IMG/VR virus record: IMGVR_UViG_2547132519_000001
Span: 32,001 to 96,000 of that record
Source of the DNA: a virus
Lineage: Duplodnaviria; Caudoviricetes
DNA: 64,000 nt
Reading direction: 5' to 3' (one strand)
Within the stretch, counting starts at the first letter, position 1. Every line of letters begins with the position of its first letter. The notes under the pieces are model-generated. The model was not told where the DNA came from. It ran no database searches and saw nothing but the letters and a program-made list of their open reading frames with translations. The translations under genes were made by a program, and so were the position numbers. Of this stretch, positions 10,630 to 19,466 are shown in pieces.

Positions 10630-12480
10630 CTAATCATAAGATATTGAAGAAGAGCAGAGAGGGGCAGAAGAGTAATCAGTAGGTTGTTCATCTTGAGTAA
10701 TTATTTGTCCTCGTCTTAGTTCATACAACCGATGAGCCAACATAATTAGTACATAGAACCGATCATCATGCATAGAACCCTCTTTGTCTTTTGCCAAAGC
10801 ATAAGTCTTTGTTGTTTTGTCAGCATTCTCATATTTATATATTGACGTGGTTTCAAGCTTCATTAAATCAATGTTTGCTAAAGCAGAAATTTCTTTATCA
10901 GATAGTTCATATTTCTCAATTACCTCCTCATCTGAATCCTCTTGTTTTTTAGCCATCGATATAAATTCTTGTTTGAATTCGTATGGGAACTTTATTACAC
11001 CTAAATCCATCAGCTCTATAAATTCATCAACCATCTGTGTCCTATATTTTTTAGGACTAATCAGTTTCAACTTGTCGATAGCATTAGGGTAAAGTTCCTT
11101 ATATCCAGTATATATATCATGAGAAGCATCAATTAATCCCCTATGATGCCGCCCATCATCACCAGTCCAATCATTAAGTAGACCGTCAGCATACGTTGAA
11201 ACACCACCGCCTCCAGCTCCTTGGTCGATTAATAAGCAATCGATATTTTGATAATCATTATATTGCCCGTTATAAAGAGCAAGATATTTTCTGACTTCCG
11301 CTAACTGCCTGTTTGAATCTAATTTATAGCCTTTTTTACTGGCTTTATCAAATAAATTTGCACAGTTTACAATTTCTCCAATGTACCCGTAATTTGGATC
11401 GTTGACAATATTCATAGCTCCAAGAATTGAATTGTCTAGTGTTCTGGCGGGATCTAAAGCAAGACATATAGAAGTGTTTGGTTTGTATGATAATTGTGGA
11501 AGATAAAAGCATTCATTACGTCGTACCGTACCCCATTTAATAATTTGGTTGACTCCACCATCACGAGTGGGCTGATTATAGTATTCCCTTAATGCTTTTT
11601 CTCTGTTGGCTTTCATGGCTGCATCAACCTTGTCCTGCGTTAGTAGGGCCGTATATGGTTTTCCATCCATAAATGTCTTAATGGCCGTATCACATATCAT
11701 ATCCACAACTATGTAATCTCTGTCGCCAGCTATCATTCGCTTGGTGAAGTTCTTATAATGCTGATAGAAAATTTTACTCATGTCATCTTGTGACGAAGCA
11801 TAGACCAACTGCGTTGGGCATTTTCTTTTCAAGGTGTCAGGATTAAATCCTTTGGCAGTGGAGGTCTTGAATTCCGTATTCTGTGTCGCAAAAGCTTCAC
11901 AAACTGCAATAAGTTCATCTGAAGAGAATGCCGCTTCATCAAAGAATACCAAGGTTGCTCGACGTGATCTGTTATTATCAGGGTTTCCATTTAATGTAAA
12001 TATTTCGCTACCATTGTAAAATTCTACATGGAATCCTGACTGGGCATGTCCAAAACCAGTCTTATTATTACCTGACTTTTTGGTTTCCTTTTCAACAATA
12101 TCTTTGAGAGAATCAATAGATGCCGCTGTTTTACCTATACGAAGAACAATCTCTTCAATTTTTGAAAATGTTTCTTTTGACTGATCACCAACGGAGCTTA
12201 CAATATAAATTGCTTGATTTTCATACAAAATCGCTTTGAGAACCATAAAAATAGCACCCAAAAATGATTTTCCAAAGTTTCGGCTACAACACCACAAAAC
12301 ATGTGGTTTATTCCAACTTGCTTGCAGTATGTACTTCTGGCTATCTATGAGTTTTATACCGAGCAAATCTTCACATGCAATACAGGGGTTTCGTCTATAA
12401 TAAGCAATACTTTTAGCGTCTAACTCACAGATACGCTTTTTTCTCTCTGATATTAATTTATGATAAGCCATCGTCGACAC
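10630..12480 (-). CDS. Terminase large subunit
   Basis: Walker A SRNFGKS, Walker B VFFDEAA, nuclease motifs ALDPA and HDDR. Confidence 0.9.
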   Translation of the reverse strand: MSTMAYHKLISERKKRICELDAKSIAYYRRNPCIACEDLLGIKLIDSQKYILQASWNKPHVLWCCSRNFGKSFLGAIFMVLKAILYENQAIYIVSSVGDQSKETFSKIEEIVLRIGKTAASIDSLKDIVEKETKKSGNNKTGFGHAQSGFHVEFYNGSEIFTLNGNPDNNRSRRATLVFFDEAAFSSDELIAVCEAFATQNTEFKTSTAKGFNPDTLKRKCPTQLVYASSQDDMSKIFYQHYKNFTKRMIAGDRDYIVVDMICDTAIKTFMDGKPYTALLTQDKVDAAMKANREKALREYYNQPTRDGGVNQIIKWGTVRRNECFYLPQLSYKPNTSICLALDPARTLDNSILGAMNIVNDPNYGYIGEIVNCANLFDKASKKGYKLDSNRQLAEVRKYLALYNGQYNDYQNIDCLLIDQGAGGGGVSTYADGLLNDWTGDDGRHHRGLIDASHDIYTGYKELYPNAIDKLKLISPKKYRTQMVDEFIELMDLGVIKFPYEFKQEFISMAKKQEDSDEEVIEKYELSDKEISALANIDLMKLETTSIYKYENADKTTKTYALAKDKEGSMHDDRFYVLIMLAHRLYELRRGQIITQDEQPTDYSSAPLCSSSISYD

Positions 12481-13561
12481 CGTCCTCTACAGTGGACAAT
12501 TGCGATTTTAGCTCGTCAACCTGTATAAGTAATTGACGCACTTGTTCTTTTTTGTCGTCTAATTCTTTATATAAATCGTCTATGAGTTTTATTTGTATCT
12601 CGTATACCTCTTTTTTGTCGTTTTCATCAAATAGACAATGATCCAAAAGTGCCTTTTGAGATACTGAAATTGCCCACTGTGTTCCATCCCCGCTTAGTTG
12701 ATCATAATAATCAGCTTCTGCTTTGTCGAAATGCTTTTCTCGTAAATCGCGCATTAAATATGTCAATGTCGATTTGCCCACATCTTTATTAGATCTGTTT
12801 TTTACAGAAATCTCATTTTCTTTTGCGATTTTATCATTGCTAGCAACAAGATCTTTTTTTATAATATTAAGAGTCTTGATATCGTTAGCATCTTTAACAG
12901 GATCTAAATTTGCAATTCGCTTATCACAAACATGAATCTGTTTATTGTTATTGACGATTTGCAATATTTGAGAAAGTTTGTAAGCATCTTCAGCGGAGTC
13001 CTCATCTTCTAAATATGGTGCAAGCTGATTAAATAAGAAGCGTCTGTCTTCTTCTGGATAATCTTCAAATGGATCGTATCCAATAAGTTCAATGGCGTAA
13101 TCTCTATTTTGCTTATCTTGCTTAGACCATTTAACTTCTTTGTCTTGATCAAGTTCAATGGAAGTTTTAGCTATTTCACCTGCTAAAATTGATTGTGAAA
13201 AGTCTTGGTATTGATATTGCCGTCCGTTAATCTGACGCATATAAAGTCCCATACTAAAGTTGTTATTGGCTTTTATAATACTATCAAAAAGAGAGTAATA
13301 GTATGGAATATCAAGTTTATAACACATGAATATACATGCTGACTTAGTGTCGTATTTTTTCTCGTAATATGAAAAAAGTTCATTTACACAGTCTTTGCAG
13401 ATGTGTGTAAATTTTGAGTTTTTTGTAAAAGACTCCGACCATGGAGATTTATAAAATTTACCAACCGGATTCTCATAACTTTTTCCGCAACGTAGGCACG
13501 TATAAACGTGAGAATCGTCAAAGTTATCAGTCAAGTCAGCAACTTTGGGTTTTCTTGCCAT
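12458..13561 (-). CDS. Zn-finger protein, possible terminase small subunit
   Basis: CLRC and CKDC motifs; overlaps the terminase start. Confidence 0.55.
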   Translation of the reverse strand: MARKPKVADLTDNFDDSHVYTCLRCGKSYENPVGKFYKSPWSESFTKNSKFTHICKDCVNELFSYYEKKYDTKSACIFMCYKLDIPYYYSLFDSIIKANNNFSMGLYMRQINGRQYQYQDFSQSILAGEIAKTSIELDQDKEVKWSKQDKQNRDYAIELIGYDPFEDYPEEDRRFLFNQLAPYLEDEDSAEDAYKLSQILQIVNNNKQIHVCDKRIANLDPVKDANDIKTLNIIKKDLVASNDKIAKENEISVKNRSNKDVGKSTLTYLMRDLREKHFDKAEADYYDQLSGDGTQWAISVSQKALLDHCLFDENDKKEVYEIQIKLIDDLYKELDDKKEQVRQLLIQVDELKSQLSTVEDGVDDGLS

Positions 13562-13719
13562 TTACAATACCTCCTTTGCTGTTTGTATTAAAATAAGCAC
13601 TCACCGCGAGAGCAGTAGTGCTTGTTATAGTTCCTATATTTGATTTTCAAATGAAAGTGCAGACTCAACCATAAAACAGGAGAGGTTAGAAAGTATACCA
13701 CTCACAATGTAATATTTAC

Positions 13720-13959
13720 TTAGATTTTCTTCCATCCAAAAGAAAATAGCATATAAATTAGGACGTTTTCATTTTCATTTCCTACGCAACAGGTGCTACC
13801 CATAGGAGGATATACGTCAAAGTGTGGATCTCCACTAAATGGTCCACTAGCTTTACGTTTAGTTGTTGGAAGATATTCAATTTCCTCCTCTGTGTCTATA
13901 ACAAATTCACATAGGCTTACATTTGGTTTATCGCCAAATCTTAATAATGTTCCTGCCAT
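13720..13959 (-). CDS. Hypothetical protein
   Basis: ORF track; AGGAG-like SD. Confidence 0.6.
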   Translation of the reverse strand: MAGTLLRFGDKPNVSLCEFVIDTEEEIEYLPTTKRKASGPFSGDPHFDVYPPMGSTCCVGNENENVLIYMLFSFGWKKI

Positions 13960-13967
13960 AAATCTCC

Positions 13968-14177
13968 TTAATTAAAAACGAGATCGCTAGTAAAAGCAAT
14001 CTCTGTAACAACTTTAAGTTTTGTGATTGGAATTGTTTTCATTAATTCTTTTAATTTTGTCTCAACATCATCAAGAACAGTAGAAGAGAAGTCGGTAGTA
14101 GAAGTTTCATCGACCTTTACAAAAGACCAATATTCATATGCTCCATTTGACGTAGATGTCATAATTTTGTATGTCAT
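13968..14177 (-). CDS. Hypothetical protein
   Basis: ORF track; coupled to the endolysin stop. Confidence 0.6.
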   Translation of the reverse strand: MTYKIMTSTSNGAYEYWSFVKVDETSTTDFSSTVLDDVETKLKELMKTIPITKLKVVTEIAFTSDLVFN

Positions 14178-15055
14178 GTTGTGCTCCCGTCTGATAACCC
14201 TTTATAATCTAGGGCTCCGTCCTTCAAAGTTGAAAGTACAATTTCACCAGTCACCATCTTGCCCTCAGCGTCTACGGCATAGATTTTGCCAGAGTTTTCT
14301 ACTAACTGAGATGTGCACAAAGCTCCATCTGGGCCTAAATAATACCATGCACCCTTATGTTTATACCATGTATTTTTAATCATGTTACCGGCACCATCAA
14401 ACCAGTACCATTTTCCATCTGCTTTTACCCAATCATTACAGACAGGTAGCCCAGTATCACCATTATAATATCTCCAGTTGTCACCTTCTTGCTGCCAACT
14501 GAATTTCTTTGAGGGAGCATTAATTAAAGCCGATCTAAAATTACTCCATGTATTCTGTGTGTGATTGTAAACATATGGATTAGGACAAATTTTCCCGGTA
14601 ACGTCGTAATGTCTAATTACACGATCAATTGGGATATTATATAGGTTCATTAAATATCTGGTCAGCTCAATGGTTGATTCAATGGTGGAATCTTCAAAGT
14701 ACCAGTCCCTAGAATCGGCTGCTTTAGAATTACTATTTCTTACGCACATTTCAATGTTAATACAGTTTGCATTTTTAGCAATTCCGTACAGTGATCCACC
14801 TCCAGTAGATAATTTTGAACCTCCAACAGCCCAACAGTATCTTGCGATAGGATCTGGATTATACAGCCAGACATCTCCGGAGAATCCTACAAAAAAATCA
14901 GCAGAAGCATCTGTTGTTGTCCTCTGATTATAGTAATTTATGTTTGCCTTGGCGTCACCAGTGGCACCGACGTAATGTATAACTATGTATTCAATTTTTC
15001 CAGGGCGCACAGATGTATTGTGTGTTCCGAAATTTGGATTTCGATTTATATTCAT
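14174..15055 (-). CDS. Endolysin: N-acetylmuramoyl-L-alanine amidase (Amidase_2) with cell-wall-binding repeats
   Basis: IVIHY, IEMC, RHYDVTGKICP motifs; WYWFD/WYYLG repeats. Confidence 0.9.
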   Translation of the reverse strand: MNINRNPNFGTHNTSVRPGKIEYIVIHYVGATGDAKANINYYNQRTTTDASADFFVGFSGDVWLYNPDPIARYCWAVGGSKLSTGGGSLYGIAKNANCINIEMCVRNSNSKAADSRDWYFEDSTIESTIELTRYLMNLYNIPIDRVIRHYDVTGKICPNPYVYNHTQNTWSNFRSALINAPSKKFSWQQEGDNWRYYNGDTGLPVCNDWVKADGKWYWFDGAGNMIKNTWYKHKGAWYYLGPDGALCTSQLVENSGKIYAVDAEGKMVTGEIVLSTLKDGALDYKGLSDGSTT

Positions 15056-15180
15056 GTTTATTTTACTCCTTTCAATAAGATAGGAGAGTTGTTTGCTCTT
15101 CTTTAATTGGTTTAGGATTTTCCGTTCCTATGGCATAGGTTTAAGTCTCTATACCGACTTAAATTGAATCTGATAGGAAT

Positions 15181-15336
15181 TTAATCGTTAAATACTAATT
15201 CGTATTCGCCACCACATTCGCATATATCATCTTTGGTGCATACACACCAATTTTTATTGCTTTGCTCTTTGTTTCCAGTAAATTTTTTCCCGCACTCTTT
15301 ACATGCGAAATTTAATGGTTCTTTACGTTTTTTCAC
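15181..15336 (-). CDS. Small zinc-ribbon protein (51 aa)
   Basis: GTG start, AAGGAG SD; CKECG and CECGG motifs. Confidence 0.6.
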   Translation of the reverse strand: MKKRKEPLNFACKECGKKFTGNKEQSNKNWCVCTKDDICECGGEYELVFND

Positions 15337-15382
15337 TTATGTACTCCTTTTTATTTATTGGGTAATCAATGAAAGGCGGATT

Positions 15383-16414
15383 CTATATAAATGCTTCGTC
15401 TGATTCGTCAGACTCATCGTTTTTTATGATATAGTGATTTTTTGTGGTCGTTACATCATTATGACCTAATAATTTCTGCGCTACCTCTGCTGATTTATGC
15501 TCGTAAACCACTAAATTTGTAGCTCTTGACTCTCTAAATAAATGAGGATGCACCCGGCGACCAACAATCTCGGCAAATAAATCTGAACACCACCCATTAA
15601 ATGTAGATTCAGATACTTGCCTAACTGTTCCTGTTTTCTTCACCTTAATAACAAACATATATGGATTGTTGTCGTCTCCGCGTATTTCGAGCCATTTATT
15701 GAAAACTTCCATCACTTCTTGTCCGAATTTTAATTTTCTAGGCTTCCCAATAACAGAGGCTCCTTTACAACGTATAGTATGAGTTAAATATCTTTTAGAT
15801 ATAGCCTTTTGCTCATTACCATCCTCATCAATTACAGTAATTTCTTTTTCTGTTGCAGGATAATTCACAACTTCCTTTAAAAGCTGCCTTGCTTCAGCTC
15901 TACGGCAACCTGTGGAATATGAAAACATAAGATAAGCTAATTTCTCCCATTCTTCACGTTTCTCAAGTTCTTCACAGAGGTTGATATATTCGTCAGGTGT
16001 TAGTGGCTCCTTTGGGTGCACGTAACCAGTCTTGACCACCTTCATCTCTTTTGTGACGAAAGATCTGAATGTAGGATATTCTTCTTCATACATCATCATT
16101 ATGTAGTTACATATATTGCTCACCGCTGATTTCTTAAATTTGATTGCAGAATCGGATAACCCTCGGTTTGTCAACCAGTTCAGATATCTAACAAATTCCT
16201 TTTTCTTAATATCCAAGCAACTTTTATTTTTAAGATTATCTTTAACCCAATAAAAGAATATTTTAAGTGCTGATTCATACCCGATTTTTGATTTTACCGA
16301 CAATTCGGCTTGATTTTCCAGATACTCCTTTACCATTTCTCTGTTAAATTCATTTACCTCTTTCCACATCTCGTCGGTTACGTCGTCACTTCTTTTTGCA
16401 ATTTTGGTTTCCAT
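15383..16414 (-). CDS. Tyrosine recombinase (core-binding plus catalytic domain)
   Basis: TGCRRAE, HPHLFR, LLGH...TTKNHY catalytic residues present. Confidence 0.9.
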   Translation of the reverse strand: METKIAKRSDDVTDEMWKEVNEFNREMVKEYLENQAELSVKSKIGYESALKIFFYWVKDNLKNKSCLDIKKKEFVRYLNWLTNRGLSDSAIKFKKSAVSNICNYIMMMYEEEYPTFRSFVTKEMKVVKTGYVHPKEPLTPDEYINLCEELEKREEWEKLAYLMFSYSTGCRRAEARQLLKEVVNYPATEKEITVIDEDGNEQKAISKRYLTHTIRCKGASVIGKPRKLKFGQEVMEVFNKWLEIRGDDNNPYMFVIKVKKTGTVRQVSESTFNGWCSDLFAEIVGRRVHPHLFRESRATNLVVYEHKSAEVAQKLLGHNDVTTTKNHYIIKNDESDESDEAFI

Positions 16415-16486
16415 ACATTCATCACTTCCCCTCTTTATTAATAAAAATAAGCCCGTATCCTTTGACAGATACGAACCTTCATATAA

Positions 16487-16630
16487 TCAATCTAGCTTTT
16501 CTAACAATGTTTCAATAGTCATCACTTCACCGATAGATACGCATTTATCTTGGCATGCTTCCAGTGCCTCTTTCAAAATTGAAATCTCATCGTCCGTAAG
16601 ATCGATGGTCTTTGTTGCAATATTATACAT
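16487..16630 (-). CDS. Small hypothetical protein (47 aa)
   Basis: MYNIATKTIDLTDDE...; AGGTGG SD. Confidence 0.55.
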   Translation of the reverse strand: MYNIATKTIDLTDDEISILKEALEACQDKCVSIGEVMTIETLLEKLD

Positions 16631-16645
16631 TTTTTTCACCACCTA

Positions 16646-16927
16646 TTAGATTTCTTTTACATTACTTGAAACCTTAAAGCGGATTTCATCATGTTCAGGT
16701 GTAGTCCAGGTAGATCCCTTTTTATCTCCAAGCTGTACAATTCCGGTTCTTTCGCTAACATGCTTAACAGAAAATGCTCCAAGTCCTGGTAATGTAACTT
16801 TTTCATCTTTATCAGAAGTTAAAGTTTCTTTTACCACATTTGCATATGCTGCTAAAACATCATCAACATTTTTCTGAGATAATTCGGTAGTTTCTGCAAT
16901 ATTCTTTAATACGTCTGTCTTGTTCAT
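16646..16927 (-). CDS. hup: HU family DNA-binding protein
   Basis: MNKTDVLKNIAE, LPGLGAFSV, IRFK signature. Confidence 0.9.
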   Translation of the reverse strand: MNKTDVLKNIAETTELSQKNVDDVLAAYANVVKETLTSDKDEKVTLPGLGAFSVKHVSERTGIVQLGDKKGSTWTTPEHDEIRFKVSSNVKEI

Positions 16928-17026
16928 AAAATAAATCTCCTTATAATTTTAATTTTTAGCAAATAAAATAGAAGAGTAATAAGTACTCTTCCGGTTCAAG
17001 TGTTGTGCAACTGATTTAATAAGTAT

Positions 17027-18226
17027 CTAATCTAATTGAATATCGCACAAAGCCTTTATTTTTTTATTTTCAGTGACGACAGTGACTGTTTGCTCTGGTG
17101 CGCCTACAAAGCGCCCATCAATTGCATAAGAGTCCATACCATCGCAACAACCAGATTGAATCACTTTTACTTCGTCAACGGTAGTTAATCCATTTGTATG
17201 CCTGTGTCCCAGAAAGCATAAATCTGGCAAAGGATATTTAGATCTTCTTGCTAATTTAGTCATATTGTAAACTACAGTTTTAGCGCTATCTTTATCGCCG
17301 TGACTTGCATAAACATTCCAACCTCTTACGTTAAATGTTGCAATATTAACATCTAACGTGTTATTTTCAATAAGCACATTCTTAACATTCTTAAAATCTT
17401 TGAGAAGTACATATGGAATTAGTAAGTCAAAATTTTCCCCACGAGCCGATTCTTCTTTATTAGCCGTTGATCTTGAATGATTTCCTGGTGTTGTATATAC
17501 AAATACATTAGAAAAGGCATATCGCAATTCGTCGATGAAGTGTCCGATGACATCAGATACCATTTTTATCTGTTCAATAATATTTTCTTTAGATTCAAGC
17601 CTTGCATTAGTATGAATAAGTCCATGAATCATATCGCCACCCAATATAACATAGGCATTTTGGGAATTGTAGGTAGCCCTAATATCGAATATTTCATCAA
17701 GGTATTTCTTTAATCGTGCCTGCAAAACTTCAAAATTAAATGTATTGAGTGGACTTACAATATCAACCCCCACATGAACGTCAGTGAGATGAATGATCAT
17801 ATCCGTATCACTATCAATAACAGGAGAGGGCGAGTATTCAAATATAACTGGCTCATATTTTTCAATTGCCCTTTTTACTATATTAAATAATTCCTCTCGT
17901 CTGCTTTGTTCTCGTAATATTTTATTAAGACTGGTACGCTCATCATAGAGCTTTTGTTTTTCCTTTTGGAGTTCCTGTCTCTGAATCTGTAGTTCTTTCA
18001 TATGTTTATCAGAGTCACAAGATTCAGATTTTGCATCTCCATACCCCTCCAGATAACTCTTCATATGTTTCCGGTGAGCAGATTCGTCATAGCACACTCC
18101 AAAAGCTTCGTTACACAATCTCCCAATCTCAGGATTACTTAGCCCGTAGAGATCTTTATTCTTATACAATCTTATCCGGTAAGCCTTTGGTTCTTCGTTT
18201 GGCTGTCTTAATGCCTTACTATTTAT
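17027..18226 (-). CDS. Calcineurin-like metallophosphoesterase (YonJ-like)
   Basis: DVHVG, GGD, GNH, HGD, GHRH motifs; frame extends from 18169 to an ATA with AGGTGGG SD. Confidence 0.8.
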   Translation of the reverse strand: MNSKALRQPNEEPKAYRIRLYKNKDLYGLSNPEIGRLCNEAFGVCYDESAHRKHMKSYLEGYGDAKSESCDSDKHMKELQIQRQELQKEKQKLYDERTSLNKILREQSRREELFNIVKRAIEKYEPVIFEYSPSPVIDSDTDMIIHLTDVHVGVDIVSPLNTFNFEVLQARLKKYLDEIFDIRATYNSQNAYVILGGDMIHGLIHTNARLESKENIIEQIKMVSDVIGHFIDELRYAFSNVFVYTTPGNHSRSTANKEESARGENFDLLIPYVLLKDFKNVKNVLIENNTLDVNIATFNVRGWNVYASHGDKDSAKTVVYNMTKLARRSKYPLPDLCFLGHRHTNGLTTVDEVKVIQSGCCDGMDSYAIDGRFVGAPEQTVTVVTENKKIKALCDIQLD

Positions 18227-18243
18227 ACGTCAGCCCACCTTTC

Positions 18244-18477
18244 TTATTCTTCATCGTTTTCAGATTCAATTAATTCCAGGTCCTCATCGGATTTTAACTG
18301 AACTCCAAATTCGATACTCTGATTTTTAAACGCATTAAGTAAATCAGCAATTTTTACTTCTTGCTCAATGTCGTTTTCGTCAACATATGTAATAACGGTT
18401 CCGTCTTCAGACAAAACACCTTTAACTGATAACTTATCTACGATATTTCTCTTGAATGTTAATTTGCTTTTTCCCAT
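18244..18477 (-). CDS. YonK-like protein
   Basis: Small acidic protein just upstream of the phosphoesterase, as in SPbeta yonK-yonJ. Confidence 0.55.
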   Translation of the reverse strand: MGKSKLTFKRNIVDKLSVKGVLSEDGTVITYVDENDIEQEVKIADLLNAFKNQSIEFGVQLKSDEDLELIESENDEE

Positions 18478-18545
18478 TGTTTCATTCCTTTCATTCTCGA
18501 ATTTTTACATAAAAATAGAAGAGTACCTTTTACTCTCCAAAAGAA

Positions 18546-18728
18546 TTACATTACCTGCTTGACAATATTAGATTTTCTAATCCTGTTTAAATCGGATATA
18601 CCTTTTCTGGATTCAGTGAAGTAATACTTTTTGTAACGGCTATAAGTATGATGCAAATCGCCTTCATATCCAAATGAATAGCCTAACTTCTGCAACTCAA
18701 CACTTTCTGATTTTGTAATCTGAACTAT
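18546..18728 (-). CDS. Hypothetical protein (probable ATA start)
   Basis: Track ORF overlaps the tRNA; AAGGT SD precedes ATA at 18728. Confidence 0.5.
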   Translation of the reverse strand: MVQITKSESVELQKLGYSFGYEGDLHHTYSRYKKYYFTESRKGISDLNRIRKSNIVKQVM

Positions 18729-18773
18729 TGATAAAACCTTCTTTCTAATATGTATTTCCGTATAGTACGGTAA

Positions 18774-18846
18774 CTGGCCAAGTAGGAATTGAACCCACGA
18801 CACTTTGCTTAACAGGCAAATGCTCTACCAACTGAGCTATTGGTCA
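18774..18846 (-). tRNA. tRNA-Asn(GTT)
   Basis: Cloverleaf: D arm GCTCAGTTGGTAGAGC, anticodon arm TTTGC-CTGTTAA-GCAAA, T arm GTGGGTTCAATTCCTAC; one acceptor mismatch; no encoded CCA. Confidence 0.9.
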
Positions 18847-18939
18847 ATAAAATACCAATGACACCACCACCAGAACGGTATTGTTGCCATTGGTTTGAAA
18901 GGAAAAGAATGAACTGAATAATATGAAGTAAATGAAAAG

Positions 18940-19248
18940 TTAGTTAACGTCTTTATCAAAATAACCGTTCAGCTTTCTATTATAATATCTAGTAATCTTA
19001 GGTTTTACCCGTATTCTTGATTCACATTTAATATCATCATATGTATGAATTTCTTTTTCTGGAATATAAGTACATTCCAAACTTAATCCATCTAAAACTT
19101 TAATAATTATATTCTCAGTAGGAGTTGTAGAAGATAAGTAATCAAAAATAATATTCTCTGTCGTTTTAAATACATTCCGAACTGTTGACACTTTTATATC
19201 TTCTCTCTTAGCAACCTGCTTAATAATATCTTCTTGTGTAACTAACAA
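18940..19248 (-). CDS. HU/IHF-like DNA-binding protein (divergent)
   Basis: TQEDIIKQVAKR helix pattern followed by beta arm. Confidence 0.6.
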   Translation of the reverse strand: MLVTQEDIIKQVAKREDIKVSTVRNVFKTTENIIFDYLSSTTPTENIIIKVLDGLSLECTYIPEKEIHTYDDIKCESRIRVKPKITRYYNRKLNGYFDKDVN

Positions 19249-19466
19249 ATATTATCCTCCCATCTGAACGAATTCGATTTTCTGAAGACATATCTTGATT
19301 TGTAATAAATAACATTGTATAATCTCCTTTAGTTGATTAAGTTATTTGTGCGATATGTGTTCTCCATATACACACATTTCATAGTCCACTACAAGTGGAC
19401 TATTTTAAATAGTCAAAAATAAAGTAGTCCACTATTAATGGGTTTATTTTTACTACTTTGAGCTGA

